The translations under genes were made by a program, and so were the position numbers. Shown in pieces: positions 1 through 8,918 of a stretch of 24,215 nt of DNA; positions within the stretch are counted from its first letter, which is position 1, and every line of letters starts with the position of its first letter. The stretch is taken from contig JAYGCM010000030.1 of assembly GCA_046583355.1 (NCBI GenBank), forward strand, positions 1 to 24,215, written 5' to 3'. The notes under the pieces were generated by a model that worked only from the letters and a program-made list of their open reading frames with translations, was not told the origin of the DNA and searched no databases. This DNA is from Deltaproteobacteria bacterium (GTDB lineage Bacteria; Desulfobacterota; Binatia; UBA12015).

Positions 1-441
1 CGAGCGGGCGAGATAGAGAACCATCGCCACCTTGGCGAACTCCGAGGGCTGGAAGGGAAGGATGCCGGTGGCAAGCCAACGGCGCGCGCCATTGCGCATC
101 TGCCCGAGCTCCGGAATCAGAACTGCGATCAATAGAACAACCGCCAGGAGAAGCGCCGGGTAGGCGATCCGGACAAAAATTTCGGAGCGAATCCGGATCA
201 GAATGGCAACTTCGACCGCGGCAATACAAGCGAAAACAAGCTGGCGGCTAGCCAACGACCAAGCGTTGCCATAGATCTCGCGGCCGAGGAAGAAGCTCGC
301 GTCGAGCACCATCAACAAGCCCAATCCAAGCAGCAACCCAAACGCACCGAGCAGCCAGGTATCGGTACGGTGGCTCGACAGAACCGCCGGCCGCTGGCCG
401 GGATCATAATCGGCGCGCAGGGTCGGAGCGCGCGGGATCAT
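1..441 (-). CDS. ftsW: Cell division SEDS protein FtsW, N-terminal part (runs off window)
   Basis: Manual translation from ATG at 441, which overlaps the murD stop (ATGA): MIPRAPTLR...TDTWLLGAFGLLLGLGLLMVLDAS...NGARRWL...FQPSEFAK, the FtsW/RodA signature. Position after murD. Confidence 0.93.
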   Translation of the reverse strand, partial: MIPRAPTLRADYDPGQRPAVLSSHRTDTWLLGAFGLLLGLGLLMVLDASFFLGREIYGNAWSLASRQLVFACIAAVEVAILIRIRSEIFVRIAYPALLLAVVLLIAVLIPELGQMRNGARRWLATGILPFQPSEFAKVAMVLYLARS

Positions 442-1781
442 ACGGCGCCCTCCCCGACCTGAGCGGCAAAGGCGTCGCCGCGTTCCTGGTAGTCGCGGAA
501 CTGATCCTGGCTCGCGCACGCAGGCGAGAGCAAGACGGTATCTCCGGCGCAGGCGGCGGCTTTCGCGGTGTCCACGGCGTCGGCGAAGCGCTCGTGCGCG
601 ACGAGGCGCGCCGCACCGGACCAGGCCTGCGCAAGTTCGCCTGCCGCCTCGCCGTAAACCGCGACCAGATTCGTACGCGAGGCGACCAACGCACTCGCCG
701 CGGCAAAATCACCACCCTTGCCGCGCCCCCCCGCAATCAGAACGACACGCCCTGGCGCCATACCTTCAAGGGATTTGCAGAGCGCACCCACATTCGTGCC
801 CTTGGAATCGTCTATATAGACCACGCCGCCATGCTCAGCGACCGTCTCCATGCGATGCGGCAGGCCACGGAAATCACGCAGCGCGGCAAGCGCTTTTTCC
901 GCCGGCACAAGGGCGGCCTCGGCAAGCAGCGCGGCGGCGGCGATATTCTCGGCATTATGGGGCCCGGCCAATGCGATCCCGGCAAGTTCGATCGAGTGGC
1001 GACCCGACCCGGTATCGATCAAAATTCGATTCGCGTCGATCCGCGCACCGGGCCCGTCGAGTGGGCTGCGGCCGAACGTCCAGACTCGTCCCGCGATCCG
1101 CGAGGCCCAGGCCTGGACACGCGGATCATCGCGGTTCAGCACGGCAATATCGTCACCGGCCTGATGCGCAAAGACCCGCGCCTTGATGCGGACGTAATTC
1201 GCAAGGTCGCCATGGCGGTCGAGGTGGTCGCCCGAGACATTCAACAAAGCCGCAATACCGGGGTGGAAGCGCTCGACCCATTCGAGTTGGAAGCTGGAAA
1301 TCTCCGCGACTACGGAATCGAAATCACCGTGCGCCGCAAGAACCAGCGGCGTGCCCAAGTTGCCGCCAACAAAGGGGCGACGGCCTGCGGCGCGCAGCAT
1401 CGCACCGACCAACTCGGTCGTCGTGCTCTTGCCGTTGGTGCCGGTAATGGCGATCAGCGGAAGATCCAGCGCGCGTCCGGCGAGCTCGATCTCGGCGAGA
1501 ATCGGAATCCCGGCAGCACAGGCGGCCCGCAGCAGCGGTGCATCCGCGCGCACGCCGGGGCTCGGGACGACCATCGTGATCCCCTCGAGCAGGCTCTCGC
1601 TCTCGGCGCCGGCATGGAACTCGACTTCGCCCGCAAGCTCGGCCGTACACCGCGCCTCGGAGCGCGCGTCGCTGAGGCGCACGGCGGCACCCAGGCCAAG
1701 GAGATGGCGCGCAGCGGCCTGCCCCGTTCGACCATTGCCGATGACCAGCGCATGCGAACCCGCCGGCAACGCTCCTGTCAT
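438..1781 (-). CDS. murD: UDP-N-acetylmuramoyl-L-alanine--D-glutamate ligase
   Basis: [36 protein letters not shown] and [12 protein letters not shown] motifs. True start is ATG 1781 (MTGALP), overlapping the mraY stop. The ORF track extension to 2099 lies inside mraY. Confidence 0.96.
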   Translation of the reverse strand: MTGALPAGSHALVIGNGRTGQAAARHLLGLGAAVRLSDARSEARCTAELAGEVEFHAGAESESLLEGITMVVPSPGVRADAPLLRAACAAGIPILAEIELAGRALDLPLIAITGTNGKSTTTELVGAMLRAAGRRPFVGGNLGTPLVLAAHGDFDSVVAEISSFQLEWVERFHPGIAALLNVSGDHLDRHGDLANYVRIKARVFAHQAGDDIAVLNRDDPRVQAWASRIAGRVWTFGRSPLDGPGARIDANRILIDTGSGRHSIELAGIALAGPHNAENIAAAALLAEAALVPAEKALAALRDFRGLPHRMETVAEHGGVVYIDDSKGTNVGALCKSLEGMAPGRVVLIAGGRGKGGDFAAASALVASRTNLVAVYGEAAGELAQAWSGAARLVAHERFADAVDTAKAAACAGDTVLLSPACASQDQFRDYQERGDAFAAQVGEGAV

Positions 1782-2854
1782 CGCAGCTTCAGCGTCGCAA
1801 GCGACATCAGTGCGCAAATGATCGCGATGATCCAGCAACGCACAATGATCAGAGGCTCGGGCCAGCCCATCAACTCGAAATGGTGATGGATCGGCGCCAT
1901 GCGGAAAATCCGCTTGCCGCGCAGCTTGAAGGACCCGACCTGGAGAATCACCGAGACGGCCTCGACAAAGAAGACGCCACCGAGAAGCGGCAAGAGAAGA
2001 GCTTGTTTGCTGATCAATGCGAGCACGCCGATCGCGGCGCCAAGCGGCAACGAGCCGACATCGCCCATGAACATCTGGGCCGGGTAGGCGTTGAACCAAA
2101 GAAAACCGAGGCTGGCGGCGACCAATGCGCCGCAGAAGATCATCAACTCACCGGCGCCCGCGACATATTCGACTTGCAGATACGCTGCCATGCCGGCGTG
2201 GCCGGCGATGTAGACAAGGAGGCCCGAAGTCGCCGCGGCGATCGCCACCGGGCCGATGGCCAGGCCGTCGAGGCCATCGGTCAAATTGACGGCATTCGAG
2301 GTGCCGACGATCACGAAAGCCGCAAAGGGCACGTACCACCAGCCGAGATCCGGATGCAGATCCTTGAAAAGTGGAAAATTCAGCGTCGTCGAAAACTCTG
2401 GGTGCGTGGCAAGAAAGAGTCCGGCCGCGAGACCAAGCAAGCCCTGCAAGAGGAGCTTGCCTCGTGCCGAGAGGCCGTCGGAGTTGCCGCCGCGTAATTT
2501 GCGGTAATCGTCCACGAAGCCAATCGCGCCGAAGCCCAGCGTCACGAGCACCGCAAGCCATATATAGGGATTGCGCAGATCGGCCAATAATAAAGTCGCG
2601 AGCAGGCCAGCAAAGAGGATGAGCGTACCGCCCATTGTCGGCGTACCCGCCTTGGCGAGGTGCCGCTCGGGCCCGTCGCCGCGTACCTGCTGGCCGACGT
2701 TCATCGAGGCGAGCCAGCGGATCAGCGCTGGCCCCAAACAAAGAGAAATGATCAGCGCCGCGAGTCCGGCCAGAAGCGTCCGGAACGTGATATAACGGAA
2801 AACATTGAACGCCGAATAGGTCGTATGCAGCGGATAAAGAAGTTCGTAAAGCAT
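1778..2854 (-). CDS. mraY: Phospho-N-acetylmuramoyl-pentapeptide transferase
   Basis: [35 protein letters not shown] and MAPIHHHFE motifs; multi-pass membrane protein. Confidence 0.98.
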   Translation of the reverse strand: MLYELLYPLHTTYSAFNVFRYITFRTLLAGLAALIISLCLGPALIRWLASMNVGQQVRGDGPERHLAKAGTPTMGGTLILFAGLLATLLLADLRNPYIWLAVLVTLGFGAIGFVDDYRKLRGGNSDGLSARGKLLLQGLLGLAAGLFLATHPEFSTTLNFPLFKDLHPDLGWWYVPFAAFVIVGTSNAVNLTDGLDGLAIGPVAIAAATSGLLVYIAGHAGMAAYLQVEYVAGAGELMIFCGALVAASLGFLWFNAYPAQMFMGDVGSLPLGAAIGVLALISKQALLLPLLGGVFFVEAVSVILQVGSFKLRGKRIFRMAPIHHHFELMGWPEPLIIVRCWIIAIICALMSLATLKLR

Positions 2855-2869
2855 CGACGTCGATAACCT

Positions 2870-3175
2870 TTAAGCCGCCAATTCCGGCGGGGCGAACTGT
2901 GGATGCCGTTCCGCGAACGGAACAGACATCCGACAGCCCTCCCCCCGAAGGGCCGAGTGCACACCACCAACCACAACCACACCACCGCACGTGCGCTCTC
3001 GACTCAGCAATCTCCCGAAAAGAACAGGACCACGGGGCGGGAGGCTTACGCCCGTTTGCCCCCCGCCCCGAGTCCGTTCTTCCAGGCGCGCCACACAACA
3101 CCACACCACCACCGCATGCGCCTGGAATCCGAAAGACAACGATTGCCGCCGGTTTTTCTGCCCTCGCCTGCTCAT
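2870..3175 (-). CDS. Possible 101-aa ORF of unknown function occupying the murF slot (may be non-coding)
   Basis: ATG overlaps the murE stop (ATGA) and the stop lies 15 nt before the mraY ATG. No recognisable domain, and the composition reflects the GT-rich loops. Confidence 0.2.
   Translation of the reverse strand: MSRRGQKNRRQSLSFGFQAHAVVVWCCVARLEERTRGGGQTGVSLPPRGPVLFGRLLSRERTCGGVVVVGGVHSALRGEGCRMSVPFAERHPQFAPPELAA
2875..3152 (-). ncRNA. Candidate structured RNA / inserted structured element between murE and mraY (unknown family)
   Basis: Several long inverted repeats seen by eye (2897-2936, 2955-2998, 3020-3081, 3080-3127), closing pairs 3007-3012/3141-3146 and 2884-2890/3146-3152, a UUCG loop and G-U wobbles that work on the minus strand. 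Confidence 0.45.
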
Positions 3176-4704
3176 GCGCAGTCCCCGAGAGCCCGACGGG
3201 CCTCTTCCCGATCGTCAAGGTGACGTTTCACCTTTCCTACGATCTGATAATCCTCATGCCCTTTGCCCGCGATCAGCACGACGTCGCCGGCCCCTGCCGA
3301 CGCCACCGCCACACCAATCGCTGCACGGCGCTCGGGAAGCACCACATACTGCCCCACCACCCCACTCTTCCCGAGCGCCGCCGCCTCGACCCGCGTGCCA
3401 TTTACAGCTTGCACGCCGGCCTCAATCTCCCGAAGAATACTCTCCGGGTTCTCCGTCCGAGGATTGTCGGACGTCAAAACAATCAGATCCGCGAGCCTTC
3501 CCGCGATCTCACCCATTTGTTTTCGCTTGCCCCGATCCCGGTCGCCGCCACAGCCAAAGAGAACGATCAAACGCCCCTCGGTCAGCGGCCGGAGGCTCTC
3601 GAGCGTACGCTCCAGGGCATCGGGCTTGTGAGCATAATCGACCAGGACAGTGAAATCCTGGCCTTCTTCAATACTTTCCAACCGCCCCGGTACGCCGCGG
3701 CAGGCTTCGATACCGGCCACAATCACGGCCGGCGCGATGCCGAGACGCCAGGTCGCCGCTGCCGCGCCCAGTAGATTTTCCAGATGCGGCCGGCCGATCA
3801 GATGCGAATGAAACGAATGGCTCTCGGCCCCGAAGCACAAGGTACCGCGAATGCCGTCGCGCCCGATTTCAATATCCCGATGCGAGACATCGGCAATATC
3901 GCCGAAGGTCAGCACGGGCACATCCAACTCGCTCGCCAGACCCGCGACATAGGCATCATCGGCATTGAGAACCGCAAACGAACCCGCGCGCGAACTCGGC
4001 AGAATCTCGCGAAAAAGCCGCTCTTTGGCCGCCGCATACGAGGCCTCGTCACCGTGGTAATCGAGATGATCCCGCGAGAGGTTCGTGTAAATTGCCGCAT
4101 CGACCTGGGTCGCGTCGACGCGGCCCTGCTCGAGCGCATGCGAGGACGCCTCGATGGCGATATGCGTCACGCCCGCGTCACACATCTCACGAAAGAGACC
4201 CTGCAGGCTCACGGCATCGGGCGTCGTCAGCGGAGCCGGCACGGACGCGCCGGCAACCCGATACTCGATCGTGCCGATGATGCCGGTATGGTGACCGGCC
4301 GCGGCAAAAATCGACTCGACAATATAGCTCGTCGTGGTCTTGCCGCTGGTCCCGGTGATCGCCACGACGACCAACTCGGCGCTCGGATGCCCGGCCATCT
4401 CGGCGGCGGCGGCGGCGGCAAAAAGCCGCGGCTTCTCGGCCCGCACCACAGGACGGCCGTCGGCCAGAACCATCGCGCGCCTGATAGCATCGGGCGCCGC
4501 CACCAGCGCCACAGCACCACGAACCACAGCGTCGCTTATATAATCGAGGCCATCGGCTTCGGCTCCCGGCAAGGCGACGAAAAGCGCCCCATCCGCAACC
4601 CTTCGTGAGTCGATCGCCACCAAGCTGATCTCCGTCTCGGGTGCGCCCGCCACCAACTCTGCACCGGAGATCCGGGCGAGGAGTCCCTCCAATGGCATAC
4701 TCAT
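3172..4704 (-). CDS. murE: UDP-N-acetylmuramoyl-L-alanyl-D-glutamate--2,6-diaminopimelate ligase
   Basis: ITGTSGKTTT, EASSHAL, TNLSRDHLDYH, VDYAH, FGCGGDRD, DNPR (meso-DAP specificity motif) and AGKGHEDYQ. Confidence 0.97.
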   Translation of the reverse strand: MSMPLEGLLARISGAELVAGAPETEISLVAIDSRRVADGALFVALPGAEADGLDYISDAVVRGAVALVAAPDAIRRAMVLADGRPVVRAEKPRLFAAAAAAEMAGHPSAELVVVAITGTSGKTTTSYIVESIFAAAGHHTGIIGTIEYRVAGASVPAPLTTPDAVSLQGLFREMCDAGVTHIAIEASSHALEQGRVDATQVDAAIYTNLSRDHLDYHGDEASYAAAKERLFREILPSSRAGSFAVLNADDAYVAGLASELDVPVLTFGDIADVSHRDIEIGRDGIRGTLCFGAESHSFHSHLIGRPHLENLLGAAAATWRLGIAPAVIVAGIEACRGVPGRLESIEEGQDFTVLVDYAHKPDALERTLESLRPLTEGRLIVLFGCGGDRDRGKRKQMGEIAGRLADLIVLTSDNPRTENPESILREIEAGVQAVNGTRVEAAALGKSGVVGQYVVLPERRAAIGVAVASAGAGDVVLIAGKGHEDYQIVGKVKRHLDDREEARRALGDCA

Positions 4705-6674
4705 ATTCCTGCCGCCGGCTCGAGGCGAAGGTGCAGCGGCGCGCCGGCAAGCGGCGTCCCCGCGATCGGAAGTTGCTCGACAACAAAGCCACTGCCTTCG
4801 ATCTGAACCGGAATCCCGGCCTGGTTCGCCCGCGCAAGCGCACGGCGCAGGCTCAGACCGACGAGCGAAGGGGCCGCGCCTTCCACCAAAGACTCCAGCG
4901 CCTCCGGCATCCTCTCGACGGCGAGTACCGCCCGCCGAGTCGGGCTATCTTCGGTGACAGGCGCGCGGCGCCGGCCCACCCGGTCGAGTGCGCGTTCCAT
5001 CACCTTCTGAAAGATGGGCGCCGCCACTGTGCCGCCGTAGGTCGCTTTTTTCGGGTTGTCGATGACCACCAAAGTAACCAACGCAGGGTCATCGGCGGGT
5101 GCGAAACCAACGAAAGACGCCACCCGCTCACGGGAATAACCTCGCCCGTCGGTACGGGCCTTCTGTGCCGTGCCGGTTTTGCCGGCCACACGCACGCCCG
5201 CAATGCGGGCATTGCGGCCGGTGCCACCCTCCGCATCCACCACGCTCTCGAGCATCGCGGTCACGAGCTCAGCCGTGCGAGGCCGAATCGCGCGCGAGGA
5301 CTGGGCCGTCTCGGCCTGCCATTTATAGAGCTGCTTGCCGTTCTCGGCCGTTGCGCTGGCGAGCACATGAGGCCGGTGCAAAATGCCGCCGTTGGCGATC
5401 GCCGCAAACGCCGCGGCGAGCTGAATCGGTGTGACCGCGATCCCCTGGCCGAAACTCGTGGTTGCCAGCTCGATGGGCCCCCACCTCGATACCGCGTTCA
5501 TGATGCCCGAGACTTCACCGGGCAGGTCGACCGAGGTGCGCCGGCCGAAGCCGAAACCGTGTAGGTAGTGTGCGAAAGCGTCACGCCCAAGCATCTCGGC
5601 GATCTTGCTCGTGCCGATATTGCTCGAATATTGGATGACTTCGGGCAGCGTCAGCAGGCTGTATTTATGGGTATCGTGGATGGTCCGCCGTCCGATGCGG
5701 TAGCGCCCCTCTTCGCAATCGACCGTCTCGTCGAGTCCGATGGTGCCACTATCGACAGCGGCGGCTGCGAGGAATGCTTTGAAGGTCGAACCCGGCTCAA
5801 AGATATCGGTGACGGCACGATTGCGCCGCTGATCAGCTTCCGCCAAGCCGGCATGGTTGGGATCGTAGGTCGGGTAATTCGCCATCGCGACGATCGCGCC
5901 GGTCCAGGGGTCCAGAACCACGACGGTGCCGGCATCGGCGTCGAATTCCTCGACCCCAAGCGCCAACTCGCGCTCGACGATCGCCTGAATATAAGGGTCG
6001 ATCGTCAGTTCCAAAGACGCGGCCGGCGCCTCGGCCGGATCGCGCGCTTCGGGAACGGTGCCGCGCACGAAGCGCGTCCGGCTTTTGCCGTCACGCTCGA
6101 CTGTCCAGACAAGCTCTGGCGCACGCATCCAGCGGTCATAGCGTAGCTCGATTCCTTCAAGCCCCTGCAATTCGGAGTTGGCCGTACCGATCACATGCGC
6201 CGCGAGCTGCCCATGTGGGTAGAGCCGGCGCGCTTCCTCCATCAACCCCACGCCGTCAAGGCCCATCTCCATGACCTGATTGGCCGCGGCCCGTGAGACA
6301 CGCCGTCCCAGGTAGACAAAGCCCTTCTTCGAGTCGAGACGACGGTCGAGGATCGCTCGATCCACACCGAGAGTGTCGGCGATGGCCTGGCGCCTCTCGG
6401 GCGGAACCTCATGATAGAGCGGGCCCGCAAAAACGGTGGGCGCCGAGACGGTCTCGGCGAGAATTTCGCCAGTCCGAGCAAAGATCGCACCGCGCGGCGC
6501 TGGCGAGCGGATGGTAAGCCGGTACTGGCTCTGCGCCCGCTGGGCGAGCTTGGCCTGATCGACTACCGTCAAATAACCCACCCGCAAACCAAGGCCGACC
6601 AAGGCAGCCATCGAGAAGAGGGCTACACCTGTGATGCGTTTGCGACGCGCAATCTGCCGGCCTTCGGCGTTCAT
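4701..6674 (-). CDS. ftsI: Peptidoglycan D,D-transpeptidase FtsI/PBP3 with C-terminal PASTA-like domain
   Basis: N-terminal TM, RGAIF, R-YPHG, GLEGIE, EPGSTFK (SxxK), SSN and KTGTAQ. The C-terminal PSLVGLSLRRA...GSGFVVEQ segment is PASTA-like. Confidence 0.95.
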   Translation of the reverse strand: MNAEGRQIARRKRITGVALFSMAALVGLGLRVGYLTVVDQAKLAQRAQSQYRLTIRSPAPRGAIFARTGEILAETVSAPTVFAGPLYHEVPPERRQAIADTLGVDRAILDRRLDSKKGFVYLGRRVSRAAANQVMEMGLDGVGLMEEARRLYPHGQLAAHVIGTANSELQGLEGIELRYDRWMRAPELVWTVERDGKSRTRFVRGTVPEARDPAEAPAASLELTIDPYIQAIVERELALGVEEFDADAGTVVVLDPWTGAIVAMANYPTYDPNHAGLAEADQRRNRAVTDIFEPGSTFKAFLAAAAVDSGTIGLDETVDCEEGRYRIGRRTIHDTHKYSLLTLPEVIQYSSNIGTSKIAEMLGRDAFAHYLHGFGFGRRTSVDLPGEVSGIMNAVSRWGPIELATTSFGQGIAVTPIQLAAAFAAIANGGILHRPHVLASATAENGKQLYKWQAETAQSSRAIRPRTAELVTAMLESVVDAEGGTGRNARIAGVRVAGKTGTAQKARTDGRGYSRERVASFVGFAPADDPALVTLVVIDNPKKATYGGTVAAPIFQKVMERALDRVGRRRAPVTEDSPTRRAVLAVERMPEALESLVEGAAPSLVGLSLRRALARANQAGIPVQIEGSGFVVEQLPIAGTPLAGAPLHLRLEPAAGI

Positions 6675-7108
6675 GGCAACATCACCACCTGGCCCGGTGC
6701 GGGTGGCCGCAGACCAAGCCGTTCCTTGGCCAACGCCTCAAGACGATCGGGCGCGGTGGCCGCAGCGAGGGCGACCCGGAGTTCCTGCTTCTCGCGTCCC
6801 AGGCGCGCCTGCACCTCATGCGCATGCGAGAGTTCGTAGCTCAATTCACTAACTCGCAAACCAGTATAGACCTGAAAGAGCCCCGCCAGGATCATCGCTA
6901 CTGCAGCGGCAATGGTGCGGCGCGTGAGGTGGCCGCGCGCGGCCAAGCCCAATTCCACAACACGCGTATGGCGTGCGCGACGCGGCGTCCGTTCGCGGCG
7001 CGCGGCGGCAGCGACCACAGGCTTGCGTCGCGGCGTGGTTTTACGGCGCCGAGCGTCCGCCACCGAAACACGTGGGCTACGAGCCATTCGTGCAGCACTA
7101 GCTGCCAT
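6671..7108 (-). CDS. ftsL: Cell division protein FtsL
   Basis: Lies between rsmH and ftsI. Single TM, then coiled coil and RLEALAKERLGL..P. ATG 7108 has a GGAGG SD. Confidence 0.85.
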   Translation of the reverse strand: MAASAARMARSPRVSVADARRRKTTPRRKPVVAAAARRERTPRRARHTRVVELGLAARGHLTRRTIAAAVAMILAGLFQVYTGLRVSELSYELSHAHEVQARLGREKQELRVALAAATAPDRLEALAKERLGLRPPAPGQVVMLP

Positions 7109-8105
7109 GCGCGCCTCCCCAGGCAATCGCCCTTAGGCGCGCGCTGCGCGCACGCGGGTTGGCCGCGATTTCGTCTTCGCCCGGCTTGCCGGCACCGCGA
7201 ATCACCGCCTGCGCACGCGCCACACCGCCGCAGCGACACATCATGAGTTCGGGCGGGCAGGTACAGACCGTAAGCCAGACACGGAACGCATTCTTGACTC
7301 GACGATCTTCCAGCGAATGATAGGCCAGGAAAACAGCCCGAGCGCCCTCGGCGAGAATTTCAGGCAAGCCCGCCAGCAAGGTCTGCAACTCGATAAGCTC
7401 GCGGTTCACCGCAATCCGCAATGCCTGAAAGGTAAGCGTAGCCGGATCGATTTTACGGCGGCGGTGACGCGGCCCACCGGCCACCCGGCCGACCAACTCG
7501 CGCAATTCGGCGGTGGTCGCGGGTTTCGGATCGGCCGCATGAAGCGCCCGTGCGATGCGCCGCGCAGCCGGTTCCTCGCCGAGCTCGCGCAGAATTTTCG
7601 TGAGTTCGTCTTCGGAAACTCGCTCAAGCAGCTCGGCCGCCGTCTCACCGCGGCTCTGGTCCATGCGCATATCGAGCGCAGCTTCGTAGCGAAAGGAGAA
7701 GCCCCGCTCGCCCGCATCGAGTTGCAACGAAGAAACGCCCAAGTCAGCAAAGACGCCGTCGACCTGCTGCCAGCCCAATCGTTCCAATTCGGCTGGCAAC
7801 TCAGAGAAACAAGCATGCGCCGTATGAGCACGGTCGCCGAAGCCGGCGAGGCGCTCGCGGGCAATTGCCAGGGCGTCGCGGTCGCGGTCGAGACCGAGCA
7901 ATTCGCTGCCGGCCGGTGCGGCCGCAAGCAAGGCACTGGCATGTCCGGCCAAACCCAACGTGAGATCCACCAAACGCAGCGGGCGGTCCTGACGGGAGGC
8001 GAAGACCGGATTCGGCCGGCCCTGGCGCCGCTGCGGCATGGCACCGAGCATGGCCGCGACAATCTCGTCACGCATGACCGGAATATGCTGCGGCACGAAG
8101 CTCAT
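7098..8105 (-). CDS. rsmH: 16S rRNA m4C1402 methyltransferase
   Basis: HIPVM, DLTLGLAGHA, DLGVSSLQLD..ERGFSF, LDMRMD, FQALRIAVNREL, YHSLEDR and NPRARSARLR. Start placed at MSFVPQH. Confidence 0.96.
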   Translation of the reverse strand: MSFVPQHIPVMRDEIVAAMLGAMPQRRQGRPNPVFASRQDRPLRLVDLTLGLAGHASALLAAAPAGSELLGLDRDRDALAIARERLAGFGDRAHTAHACFSELPAELERLGWQQVDGVFADLGVSSLQLDAGERGFSFRYEAALDMRMDQSRGETAAELLERVSEDELTKILRELGEEPAARRIARALHAADPKPATTAELRELVGRVAGGPRHRRRKIDPATLTFQALRIAVNRELIELQTLLAGLPEILAEGARAVFLAYHSLEDRRVKNAFRVWLTVCTCPPELMMCRCGGVARAQAVIRGAGKPGEDEIAANPRARSARLRAIAWGGAHGS

Positions 8106-8151
8106 TTCTTCATCGACTACGCCGCAAAGCCGGCGCGCCGCTCCCCCTTCT

Positions 8152-8607
8152 TCAAATCCCCAGGTCACGGAAGGCATCCGGGTTGTTCTGCACAAGCTCG
8201 TGGAAGGCCTGCTCGACACGCTCGTAGGCCGAGGCTTCGAACATGCGAAATTTCGGCCCCACCCCGAGGAAGATCACTTCCTGCTCCAGTTCCGCGCGGC
8301 GGCGCAGGTCCTGCGGTACGAGAATCCGCCCCTGCTTATCGGGCTGACAGGTCTGTACGCCGCCCAGGTAAACGGTCTCGAAGAGCGTGCGGCTCTGCGA
8401 GAACGCTCCCACACCGGCACTCAGCCCATCTACCAACTGCTGCCAGGCGCGCGGCGCATAGGCCTCCAGGCAGGGCACGCCCGAGACCTGAAAATGGGTG
8501 ACCATCAGACGGTCTTCATCGGCCCCGCTCATGGCTTCCCGAAAGCGGGCCGGGATCGCAACGCGACCCTTTCCGTCCAGTGTATTTCGGAAGCTTCCCT
8601 GAAACAT
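8152..8607 (-). CDS. mraZ: Division/cell wall cluster transcriptional repressor MraZ
   Basis: MFQG...LDGKGRVAIPARFR and DKQGRILVP repeats. First gene of the dcw cluster. Alternative ATG at 8613. Confidence 0.95.
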   Translation of the reverse strand: MFQGSFRNTLDGKGRVAIPARFREAMSGADEDRLMVTHFQVSGVPCLEAYAPRAWQQLVDGLSAGVGAFSQSRTLFETVYLGGVQTCQPDKQGRILVPQDLRRRAELEQEVIFLGVGPKFRMFEASAYERVEQAFHELVQNNPDAFRDLGI

Positions 8608-8627
8608 GGTCATGAAAGGGAGTCGTT

Positions 8628-8652
8628 CCCACGATTCCCCACCTTTCCCCAC
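8628..8652 (-). promoter_or_regulatory. MraZ operator: three GTGGG boxes at 10-bp period
   Basis: Minus strand reads GTGGG-gaaag-GTGGG-gaatc-GTGGG immediately upstream of mraZ, matching the known MraZ direct-repeat operator. TTGACA at 8685-8680, but no clear -10. Confidence 0.88.
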
Positions 8653-8918
8653 AGTCTTTCTCCTGAAATTCACCTTCAGTGTCAATAGGCACAATCCGCA
8701 ATTCTGAAGTTCGTGCATTGCTCCGCCAAAGATGGACAAATTCCCCTGCATTTACTTGAAATTGGCGGAGGAGAAATTTTCATCCTCCACGCTGTGGAGA
8801 GGAGTGGGGAGAAATCCCTCAACTTTCGAAGGGAGCTGTCGCGCAGCAGTCGAGAAACGCGCAGCGGCCGCAAGCGGCGCCCGGAGGCGGGCCTACTTTT
8901 CGGCCGGACCTCCAGGGA

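Noticed and set aside
1782..2099. N-terminal extension of the murD ORF (likewise the extensions on mraZ, rsmH, rpsU, prmA, GNAT)
   Set aside because: These overlap neighbouring genes or RNAs. Family homology and SD/ATGA coupling point to downstream starts.
2960..3117. CRISPR array or group II intron remnant interpretation of the murE-mraY repeats
   Set aside because: Only two degenerate units, no cas genes, and no domain V AGC/CGC-triad hairpin of the expected form.
8645..8801. Isolated DnaA-box-like 9-mers near the mraZ promoter (and one at 2898-2906)
   Set aside because: Two mismatches each, not clustered, and better explained by MraZ boxes or hairpin arms.
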